DNA of 63,746 nucleotides, the filler included, from Octopus bimaculoides (taxonomy: Eukaryota), in NCBI RefSeq assembly GCF_001194135.2. It is 4 parts of 4 records of this genome, joined end to end, with 100 filler letters (N's around TTAATTAATTAA, not from the genome) between each part and the next. Parts side by side here need not be neighbours in the genome. Positions count along the whole stretch, not along the records: positions 20,907 to 43,325 come from NC_068993.1; 3 more parts are not named here. One strand, given 5' to 3'. Positions 23,641 through 34,510 of this stretch are shown piece after piece. Numbering within the stretch: the stretch's first letter is position 1; every line of letters begins with the position of its first letter. The position numbers and the translations under genes are program-made. The notes under the pieces are model-generated. The model saw nothing but the letters and a program-made list of their open reading frames with translations, was not told where the DNA came from and did not search any database.

Positions 23641-26578
23641 TTGATATTACAGGGCGGGTCTGTTTGTTTATCGTTAACTTTTTGAAAAAACACCGTCTCC
23701 GAATTTTTTGAATGAAAACGTTTACAGCATACGCCTTTTCTTATTTTTTGACAGAATTATTTCCGGGCACAGTTACTTTGTAGTATTTTAAACTTAGGTA
23801 TTGTTCACTCTGCGTTAGTTCGAAGAAAACTGTTTTGTTATTGTTTTACTTCGTTTGTGCCACGTACTTTCATATGTGTGTGTGCATACCATGTAAAATT
23901 CACGTAGTTATGTAGACACCGGGGTGTTTACTACATGGTCAAGCCCCGATTGATATTTTCTCTGAACCAACTTGGGACATTTTGCAACAATGTGTGTCGT
24001 TGTTTCATCTCAAGTTCCACATATTCTACATTTTACAAACACATTCACCCCATACACATATTTTCTGAAGTTGCACTTTTATTCAACATATATCCACAGT
24101 GGTTTTCCAAAATTGATCATGAAAATGTTTCTCTTCAATCTAACATGTTCTCTTTAAACATTTCCCATTTGATTCACTCCCCTTAGTAAGTTCTTTGTAC
24201 TCTTCTGTAAATATTTCAGTACTAGTTGCGACTTACCCCACATTTTTAATTGACTGGCAGGGTGCCAAAGTTCCAATCCAATATAGCAAATATATATATA
24301 TATAGGTTCCGATAAGCGCATATGGATATATACATATACTGGGTTCATAATTAGTCTGTAATCCACAAAGATGTGGCGGCTTCTGTGGGCTTCTCTGAAT
24401 CACACCTTATTAATAATATTAAATCAAATATTATTAATCGACGTAATGAATTGATTGTAAGACGACGTCACCTTAAATATAAATCATTCCTCCTTTATAA
24501 CTATGCTTAACCCTACACTAAATGATTATATCTACACTTATAAATTTTATTATCTGGCATAATGTTATTAAACAATTTCCTACCGAAGTTAACCATAATT
24601 TAGTTCGAACTTGGTAATTGATAACATATTATACTATATTCAGGCATTCTGCTATTTATAAGGATATTTATTACCCATTAACGTCAGCGCTCTAATACAA
24701 CTCGTCCATGTATACTAGCTAATTCTCAACCTTAGTTAACAGTAATTTCGGCCTACCTTTGCAACACATAATGTATTTGACCACATTCATTTATTCTACT
24801 ATATTCTTCTCTAGTATATTTAGTGCATGAAACATTTTGAAAACATTCTTTAAATGAATATCTTACAATGATTGCATAATTCTATAATTCTACACATTGA
24901 AACATGTGTATACTCCTCATTACATCTTTCTTAGATACCATGTCCTTTTTATTATTATTACTGTTTCATTACATTTACGCTTATAATCCAGTTTGGCATA
25001 TTTACTCTTACTGAAATGTCTACTTCATAGTCTTATGGACCGATTATATGTTTATATTCATTAGCTTTTATATGAACCTGTATACATTTTTGTTCTATTA
25101 AGATATGTATACTTATGTATTTCTATTGTGTGTATACCTATGCATATATATATNNNNNNNNNNNNNNNNNNNNNNNNNNNNNNNNNNNNNNNNNNNNNNN
25201 NNNNNNNNNNNNNNNNNNNNNNNNNNNNNNNNNNNNNNNNATATATATGGGGGTATATAAGCTTTTGTTCTACTATGTTTACATGCATACATATAAATGT
25301 ATGTGTGTGTGTCTATAAATTGTTAAGTGAATGGATGTATATTAAAAACTGTATACAAAACAGGTGTGGGTTTCCATTTATATTGGCCTCTGTGTTTATG
25401 TTCACCTATATCTATTATCTATACATATCTAAGTGTACATATGTATGTATATATGTATAAATATGTATATAAATATTGTACACATATATAAAGTGATATC
25501 AAGAAAGTTGGCAGAATTATGTTCATTTTCTATAGAGATTGGATAGCCCTAGTTTCTTAAACAAAATGTTTAGTCTTTTCTTGTATTGCTCTATCTGCCT
25601 ATTAAGGAGTTGTTTAGGGTGAAAAGTGCATCATCCATGTATAGACCCCTCCCAAATCAGGGAATCCTTTGATTAATCTAAGCATTAAATATAACCCTAC
25701 TGACTGTAACATGTGCGGAGTCTGTTGATTCCATAGTAACACCAAAGCTCTCATTTTTATCCTTTCTAAACCAGTACTTATCTTCAAATTTTATAATAGA
25801 TTTTCTAGCTGCTAAAATCACGTTAATTACTTCCCTGGTTAGTTTGGAGTTTTTTCTAGTAAATATAAACTGCTTTATTAAGTAGGATAGGGTCTATAGA
25901 TAAGTTATTTATAGCAATTTGTATAAATCATTATTTACATTTCAGCATGAACCATTATTCCTTATTTTCTCCTTAACAACAAATAAGATGAGGAGAAATA
26001 TCCGTCAAATGTAAATAATGTTCAATAATGTACATAATACCTCATCTCTTAAATATAGAATTGTATAAATCAGTTCATACATTTGTTATTGAAGATATTA
26101 AACCAGTTGATAACTTATTTGGATATTTTTCTGAAATAGTTTTATCATCGCTCTTATTTATAATCTGTAGTCAATATGACACAAAACATGAGAGTATTTA
26201 GTATCTCTTACGAAAACTATATCAGAGCTATGTAGCAGATGCATACGCACGGACACACATACTCACAAAAACACACGCATAGTCACAAATGAATACATTC
26301 ACACACAGTAGACTAACGAAGACGTTTGGTCTGGATATTTTTATAACTGAACGTTTAATAATCACATGTATTTGGTTTGTACAAATAAGAATCATATAAA
26401 TGCAACTTCAATTAATGGAATAATGAATTAGATGGGTATTTGCCAATGTATCTTACTTCTTAAAAAAATTCTCTTATTTCACAGTTTGTATGTAACACGG
26501 TGCGTGTCAGCTAGATTTTCTGAATGGAATACTGACCGAAATATTCACCCGGATATCTTTGATCCCGACCATAACTTC

Positions 26579-26622
<44 letters not shown>

Positions 26623-27604
26623 GTGTGTGTGTGTGTGTATGTACTTGCGTGTTTACTGGTAAGTGTGTGAGTGAATGGATAAAATTATTGGATCACCTAA
26701 ATTATCCACTCATCGAATTAGTCTGTAATTCGCTGAGTATGCAAAAGAAGACCTACAATAAGCGTGATTCTCATATAGACAATGTTGTATATTCAGATTC
26801 AATGCAAAATTTACCCGATAGACATCAGCATATTTTCTCTCCTCTTAGTTTCATTCATATAGTTTGAGTCATATTGAGACAGGATCCTTGACTTCGTGAC
26901 TGAAAAGCCAACTTTTTAAAACATCTCCTAAGCTGCGTCCGTTCAAGTATAGTATGCATAGGTACAAACGTGTGACCACTTTGTATATGCTTCAGGTGTT
27001 TTCGAACCCGTATGAATGCAATTCACTATATTTTGTTTCATGAAGATTGTGTTGCTGTAGAAAGATATGGTGTAAACCAACTCAATTCAAAGCACCCCCT
27101 AATCAGATTGATGGATGTACACATTTGGGAGTTATCTCCACTTCACTGCCAGAAGGAGAGATGCTACAAACTAACAGGAGAGATAGATCTCTCCTAATAT
27201 ACCTTTCATCGAACTGTGAGAGGTTGCACCATCGTCGGCTCGCCCATAAATAAAATACAAAACTAAAGCTCTAAGCAGTGATATGTATAAATACAAAACT
27301 AACAGCAGTTCAAATATGTTTGAGTCAAATTGGAACCCCAAGAAAGCAAGTTATTGTATTTTGCCACGGAGAAAATTTCTCGTTGTAAACAAATTAGGTG
27401 TATACACTCCAAGACCGTTCCAAGTACCCCTCACGAGACAGCTGGATGTATGTTTTTCAGAGTGCTTGTATCCTCTTCACAACAAAATGCGTAGAATTTG
27501 TGGCAGTTATTGTTTGTGTGGCAGTTATTGTTTGTATCGTGTATATGTATATACATAGTGTATTTATATGCATGTAGGTGTTGAATGTACATGTAAGATA
27601 TATT

Positions 27605-27812
27605 ACTCTTTTACTTGTTTCAGTCATTTGACTGTGGCCATGCTGGAGCACCGCCTTTAGCCGAGCAAATCGACCCCAGGACTTATTCTTTGTAAGTCTA
27701 GTACTTATTCTACCGGTCCATTTTGCCGAACCGCTAAGTTACGGGGATGTAAACACACCAGCATCGGTTGTCAAGCGATGTTGGGGAGACAAACACAGAC
27801 ACACAAACATAT
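27605..27812 (-). mobile_element. SINE family B 3' half, CpG-intact
   Basis: CAGTCATTTGACTGTGGCCATGCTGGAGCACCGCC..GCCGAACCGCTAAGTTACGGGGATGTAAACACACCAGCATCGG. Confidence 0.85.
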
Positions 27813-27851
<39 letters not shown>

Positions 27852-28439
27852 NNNNNNNNNNNNNNNNNNNNNNNNNNNNNNNNNNNNNNNNNNNNNNNNN
27901 NNNNNNNNNNNNNNNNNNNNNNNNNNNNNNNNNNNNNNNNNNNNNNNNNNNNNNNNNNNNNNNNNNNNNNNNNNNNNNNNNNNNNNNNNNNNNNNNNNNN
28001 NNNNNNNNNNNNNNNNNNNNNNNNNNNNNNNNNNNNNNNNNNNNNNNNNNNNNNNNNNNNNNNNNNNNNNNNNNNNNNNNNNNNNNNNNNNNNNNNNNNN
28101 NNNNNNNNNNNNNNNNNNNNNNNNNNNNNNNNNNNNNNNNNNNNNNNNNNNNNNNNNNNNNNNNNNNNNNNNNNNNNNNNNNNNNNNNNNNNNNNNNNNN
28201 NNNNNNNNNNNNNNNNNNNNNNNNNNNNNNNNNNNNNNNNNNNNNNNNNNNNNNNNNNNNNNNNNNNNNNNNNNNNNNNNNNNNNNNNNNNNNNNNNNNN
28301 NNNNNNNNNNNNNNNNNNNNNNNNNNNNNNNNNNNNNNNNNNNNNNNNNNNNNNNNNNNNNNNNNNNNNNNNNNNNNNNNNNNNNNNNNNNNNNNNNNNN
28401 NNNNNNNNNNNNNNNNNNNNNNNNNNNNNNNNNNNNNNN

Positions 28440-28470
<31 letters not shown>

Positions 28471-28559
28471 AGAGTATTGTAGTTCGCTTGAAGCATTGTG
28501 TATTGTTGTAGAGAATAAAAAGTTTTGAATGATACAACAATAATAAAAAAAAAATGTAC

Positions 28560-29510
28560 TATATACCTGTTGTAATTTAGTTATCCATAGTCCGATGATA
28601 TTTCGAATAAATTCCTTCTTTAGATGGAGTCGCTGCTATAATCGATTTTCCAAGGGATTTTCTTTTCTTGGAAACATTTCAGCAGTGCTCTCACGAAGCT
28701 CCTTCCGGAATTCGTCATAAGAAGTTCGTGAGGTCGGCTATGTCTCAATCTTGTGTGTGTTGGTACATCTGTAACGCTGCTTCTAAGTTATGTATTATAC
28801 GTGCAGCTTCCTTTTTCCCCTTTTTTCTCTTCTTTTTTTTTCTTTTGCTATAAACAATAGACGAGCATATCAAAAATGAACCTACACGCATCCAGATGTA
28901 GCTAAATAATATACAGATTACCAAGCTCCAGCCTGTTGTTAATTTTGGGTCCTAGTCTGTGTATGAGTATAGCTTCCTTAATTCTTAAGTTACCCAAATT
29001 TCTTTCATTGGCCTCAATTGTGACAATTATGCTTTTGATTAGATGTTTTTCTGAAGGAGGAGGCTCTCGTGTTCAGATGTACTTTAATGCGCACGTGTAA
29101 CGGTCTTGTTGTGCTACCTACATAGAACTTGTTGCATTTGTTACATAGTATTCTATCCACAACATTTACCCGTTGGCATAAATCTGTGTTACTGATGGGA
29201 CAAATTGTTAGTGTACCTTGATTGCTATCCCTTGTTCGTTTCTTTGCGACCTACCCTCTCGGAGAGTGGCCGGAGTGGGTTAGTTGTCTGTCTAGCCCTT
29301 CTCTTCTTATGCTTCTGCGGATGGCTGTAGCTATCCTCTCGCTGAAATGGGGTATTTTAAGGAAGCATGCGTTGCTTGGTTTTCTATGTGTTCACCGTTG
29401 GATATCCGTTGGTTTTCAATATATCTACGAAGGGTGAAGTGTGGCTCACCTTGTCCTCCGTTCTGCTTCACTTGCCCCGGATGCGTGCAAGTTCATTTCT
29501 GGCGTATCCT
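28560..29510 (-). mobile_element. Penelope-like element: RT C-terminus/linker, GIY-YIG endonuclease and downstream pLTR-like region
   Basis: ILKTNGYP, LKIPHFSERIATAIRRSI, ILCNKCNKFYVGSTTRPLHVRIKVHL, LRIKEAILIHRLGPKINNRLEL. Confidence 0.85.
28594..28632 (-). ncRNA. Degenerate minimal hammerhead ribozyme core in the Penelope downstream region
   Basis: Minus strand CTAAAGA-AGGAATTATTTC-GAAA-TAT versus the CTGAAGA-stem II-GAAA-CGT consensus; the core is mutated and probably inactive. Confidence 0.45.
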
Positions 29511-29512
29511 GT

Positions 29513-29660
29513 AAGAAGTGTGTATGATTATGAATAAATCACAATTATAACACTTATAGTGGCCTTGTGGTGATTTTGAATGCTATTTCTAGACTTGCTA
29601 TGGTTTTTGCATCCCTCTCCGTTATAATTGTGATTTATTCAAAATTTATACACACTTCTT
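29513..29660. repeat. ~39-bp inverted repeat with ~70-bp spacer at the Penelope 5' junction
   Basis: AAGAAGTGTGTATGATTATGAATAAATCACAATTATAAC versus GTTATAATTGTGATTTATTCAAAATTTATACACACTTCTT. Confidence 0.8.
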
Positions 29661-29764
29661 TTAAGAAATTTATGATTACATATTTGGCCATTGATATTTT
29701 CGTAAAAAATCATGAATTGCTTACGATATATCCTTCGTAATGTATTTTTACATTCCTCTTGAAT

Positions 29765-29831
<67 letters not shown>

Positions 29832-31712
29832 NNNNNNNNNNNNNNNNNNNNNNNNNNNNNNNNNNNNNNNNNNNNNNNNNNNNNNNNNNNNNNNNNNNNN
29901 NNNNNNNNNNNNNNNNNNNNNNNNNNNNNNNNNNNNNNNNNNNNNNNNNNNNNNNNNNNNNNNNNNNNNNNNNNNTATATATATATTTATATATATATAC
30001 ACATATACGTTTATGTATGTGCGTGTGTGTTTGTGTGTGTATGTAAATGTAAGATCTACGGATCAAGGTGGAGGACGTTAGTGAGCTTGAAGCAATCTGG
30101 AGAGACATAAAAACAATTTTCATGAACAATAGTGTTCTATTGACCCGAATGTTGTGCGTCTGTAGTATCTATTAGATGTGTACTTGTATATTATCATGTG
30201 CAGGTGGAATGTGTGTGGAGATAGAAAAGTTATGAGAACTTAAATTATAAAATATAAGGAAAAACGGTTGGGAATGTAATTTTCTTTTAAGTTTAGGAAA
30301 TATAAAGGTGTTTAAAAAGTTGTTTGTTGTAAAGTTATATGTAGAGGGATTTTCCCCAAGTGATATCCCTGCTGTTTCATATAAAGTGAATATATAAAGT
30401 TGCTTTGAGGGGACAGCATCACCGTCATAGACACGCCACACCGTGTCTGTCTGTATTTTTTGTAGTGTGTCTGATATGCTAGAGCAGCGTAAACGTCTTT
30501 CAGTGATAATGTGCGAAGTGTGCGAATGGGATAAGCGAATAGGATAAGCTTTTACAAGAAAAACGTGTTTAACGAGTGTACATAAAAAAATTATAATTGA
30601 ACCATGCCTAGAGATCTATATACGGAGAGTAAAATTAAGTCAAATAATGAAAAGCAGCGTATTCATATATCAGAAATGTCGAGACACAGGCCTATTTGGA
30701 AATACTGAGCGACAGACATGTTATTTCCGAGCCGGATATCGTGGAAAGTTTCCGTGAATTGGTTAGCCAAATGACGGCAGGGTTAATAGATAAAAGACGT
30801 TCAAAGAAAAGAAATGGTGTAGATTTGTGTCAGTAGTCGAAGCTAGTAGAGATGCAGATCAAGTACTTCAGTAGTCAATAGAAATTGTGGGATACAGTAA
30901 GGGAGGCAATGCAACGGGCAGGTGTTACAACTAATTCCAGGAACAAGGGATGGTCCGGGTCTCATCCCATTCAATCTCTTATTCCTGGACTCCTTTGTCT
31001 CTCAGTAATAGACCAGTAATTCGCTTAGATTATATATGTATGTTTGAGAATTTATGCGCGTGTTTAAAGATGTGTATGAATGAGTGTGTTCTTCAGTCCA
31101 AATTCTTTTTTCTTATTAACCAAGTACTACCGCAATTTGTTTCTTATATCAATATATCAGGAGTCTATAACGATTTACTTATGTTCTATGTATTGCACGT
31201 TTGTTGTTATAATGGAAGTTTCTAGATAATATATTGGAAGCAATAGCAGAACGGCTACGTTAATACGCACACAGACAATTTACTTTATTGCAAAAGTGTC
31301 AGCGTTTTAAGTAGTTTTTCACTACAAAAATGTCATTCTGTTTGAATTAAAGATCTAAAGACATTTCGTTCCTTGGAAACCGTTTCGTATACAGAGCTAC
31401 CACATCATTGTTTTAAGCTTCTATGGAAGTTTTATTCATCTTCGCAACGTTCTTTTCAACTCTAGCTCTATTTACTTGGGTATTCGTTGTTAAGTGTTTG
31501 ACGAAAACATTTATTGTTAATTCTAATGTTTAATTAATTTTCGACCTACAGAAATAAATCACATAAACCTAACACGTATTTCTTCAATTGTTTCCTGTCT
31601 AGCATTGTAAAGTATATAGAAAGATACACTTATCATTGTGGACATGTGTATATACCTTCATTCACAGGCACACTCTCTCACCGTATATGTATGTCTGTAA
31701 ATATGTGTGTGC

Positions 31713-31782
<70 letters not shown>

Positions 31783-32774
31783 NNNNNNNNNNNNNNNNNN
31801 NNNNNNNNNNNNNNNNNNNNNNNNNNNNNNNNNNNNNNNNNNNNNNNNNNNNNNNNNNNNNNNNNNNNNNNNNNNNNNNNNNNNNNNNNNNNNNNNNNNN
31901 NNNNNNNNNNNNNNNNNNNNNNNNNNNNNNNNNNNNNNNNNNNNNNNNNNNNNNNNNNNNNNNNNNNNNNNNNNNNNNNNNNNNNNNNNNNNNNNNNNNN
32001 NNNNNNNNNNNNNNNNNNNNNNNNNNNNNNNNNNNNNNNNNNNNNNNNNNNNNNNNNNNNNNNNNNNNNNNNNNNNNNNNNNNNNNNNNNNNNNNNNNNN
32101 NNNNNNNNNNNNNNNNNNNNNNNNNNNNNNNNNNNNNNNNNNNNNNNNNNNNNNNNNNNNNNNNNNNNNNNNNNNNNNNNNNNNNNNNNNNNNNNNNNNN
32201 NNNNNNNNNNNNNNNNNNNNNNNNNNNNNNNNNNNNNNNNNNNNNNNNNNNNNNNNNNNNNNNNNNNNNNNNNNNNNNNNNNNNNNNNNNNNNNNNNNNN
32301 NNNNNNNNNNNNNNNNNNNNNNNNNNNNNNNNNNNNNNNNNNNNNNNNNNNNNNNNNNNNNNNNNNNNNNNNNNNNNNNNNNNNNNNNNNNNNNNNNNNN
32401 NNNNNNNNNNNNNNNNNNNNNNNNNNNNNNNNNNNNNNNNNNNNNNNNNNNNNNNNNNNNNNNNNNNNNNNNNNNNNNNNNNNNNNNNNNNNNNNNNNNN
32501 NNNNNNNNNNNNNNNNNNNNNNNNNNNNNNNNNNNNNNNNNNNNNNNNNNNNNNNNNNNNNNNNNNNNNNNNNNNNNNNNNNNNNNNNNNNNNNNNNNNN
32601 NNNNNNNNNNNNNNNNNNNNNNNNNNNNNNNNNNNNNNNNNNNNNNNNNNNNNNNNNNNNNNNNNNNNNNNNNNNNNNNNNNNNNNNNNNNNNNNNNNNN
32701 NNNNNNNNNNNNNNNNNNNNNNNNNNNNNNNNNNNNNNNNNNNNNNNNNNATATATAATTATATATCTGCAGAG

Positions 32775-32935
32775 TAATTTCCGGCTTCGGCGCGCCAAAA
32801 CAAAGACATTTAAAATATACCTCTAAATATAATTGACAGAATTGTATATACGCTCTCTCTTGTGTATAGTTCTGTAAATTATATGTTACATGGCGGTCAA
32901 ACTGATTGTTTGCGGACATTTAGGTGACGTAAATG
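32775..32935. promoter_or_regulatory. Candidate promoter-like motif cluster
   Basis: TTTCCGG (ETS-like), CGCGCCAAA (reverse of E2F TTTGGCGCG), CATGGCGG (YY1-like) and TGACGTAA (CRE-like) within ~160 CpG-rich bp. Confidence 0.3.
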
Positions 32936-33324
32936 GTAACAATGAAATGTGACTTATCACTATTTTTTTTATCTTTTCATTTGTCTTACTCGCTTTATGT
33001 TCTGGCGTTTGCCGAAATTTCTTGAAAACATTTTTTCTTAGTGGTCAGACCATATGGGGTCTACCTTTAACATATTAGGAATCCACCTGGTAGTCATTCC
33101 TCTTATGTTTATGTAGTATATTTTTTCTGAATCTTGGGATATTTTATATACGATTGGCCACTTGAATAAATTGATATTGATTTAATTAATATTATTTTTT
33201 GCCCGCATTTAAATTTATATATATAAGGAGCGAATATTCAGATGTGAATATTCATAAAGATATTATTATTGTTATTATTATTATTATTATCTGCATTAAA
33301 TATGATATATTGATAATAATAATA

Positions 33325-33545
33325 ATAATAACTCCAGCACTCAGCTGGCAAAAATGAGTAGTACCTGCATTTCAAAGGGCTGGCGTTGTCACACTCTGTG
33401 TCACTTTGAATCTCCATGAGAACTACGCTATGGATACATGTGACGGTGGCGTGCTCAGCCACTTGCACGTTTAATTTCACGAGCAAGCTGTTCCGTTGTT
33501 CGTATCAGCTGGGACCCTCGTCGTCGTAACCGACGGAGTGTTTCT
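33325..33545 (+). mobile_element. SINE family C 3' half
   Basis: TTCAAAGGG..TTGTCACACT..GTGCTCAGCCACTTGCACGT..GACGGAGTG; homologous to 47950-48128. Confidence 0.8.
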
Positions 33546-33547
33546 CC

Positions 33548-33577
<30 letters not shown>

Positions 33578-33579
<2 letters not shown>

Positions 33580-33705
33580 CAGCTGTTTGGGTGTGCATTC
33601 ATCTGCCATTCGAACAACGTGGCCAGACCATTTCATTTGGATTTTCAGAATCATTGCGCTAATTGAAGTGATTCCTGCAGACGCAAAGACAACCTTTCTG
33701 GAGTA
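33578..33705 (-). mobile_element. RTE ORF fragment (AGITSISAMILKIQMKWSGHVVRMADECTPKQL)
   Basis: RTE C-terminal W.GHV.RM motif; inverted homolog of 33881-33960. Confidence 0.7.
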
Positions 33706-33739
33706 AAAAACAAAATAAAAAAATTCCTTTAATATTTAA

Positions 33740-34510
33740 AATGAAAAAAGGCAATTTTGCTGGAATTTTTCTACCAATTTGAAATGTCTTTCATTACACA
33801 TCCATGTTACAGAAGAATACAACAGCGATGGTAAGACAAATGATTTGTAAAGAGCCAATTTTGTGTTGTTGGCGCCAACGCTATGATTCTGAAAAATAAA
33901 ATGAGATGGTCTAGCCATATTGTTCGAATGACAGATAAACGCACACTTAAACACCTGTTCTATGGCGAGCTTGCAGAGAAGAAACTCTATCGGTGTAATC
34001 CTAAAAGGAAGTTGAAGGATGGCATAAGTACTTCCGTGTCCAGAGGACATAGAAACCCTTTATTCAAAATCAAGCTGGATGGCGAACAAAAGTGTGGAAT
34101 GGAAGGAAAGCGTTCGAAGAGGCGAGGACAACGCATGAAAGACTCAAGAGTGATTTAAAGAAGAATGTTATGATATAGAAGCTTAATCACAATTGACCTT
34201 TTTTGTGTGCACAGTTAGTAACAGACCATGCCTCTCTGCTGCTGGGCTCAAATCTCACTCGTGAATCCACGAAAAACGAAACACCAACAACTATTCTACC
34301 TGTATATCTGTGCATACCTTTCAATGCTGTGTATGTCATAAGATCTCCAAATCTAACGGTGGCCTGAAAAGACATTTTAAGATCCACAAAGATCAGAATT
34401 TTACTGCAGCTCTTGGCGGTCCAAGTCGGATATACAATCTAAGTGGGTGTCTTTTCAATACATTGTCTGATTTAAAAATCCACATCAGACGCCATGATGG
34501 ATCTTAAGTG
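33740..34510 (+). mobile_element. RTE (BovB/RTE-1-like) ORF 3' end with C-terminal C2H2 zinc fingers
   Basis: VEKFQQNCL (frameshifted), MRWSSHIVRMTDKRTLKHLFYGEL, PKRKLKD; then FQCCVCHKISKSNGGLKRHFKIH (C-x2-C-x12-H-x3-H) and a degenerate second finger. Confidence 0.75.

Noticed and set aside
26478-26580. Exon-like segment after a strong acceptor (LYVTRCVSARFSEWNTDRNIHPDIFDPDHNF)
   Set aside because: The only donor is the start of a (GT)n run, and there are no partner exons.
30935-30990. Hairpin resembling a pre-miRNA
   Set aside because: Pairing is interrupted by a 10-nt bulge; the stem is too short and irregular.
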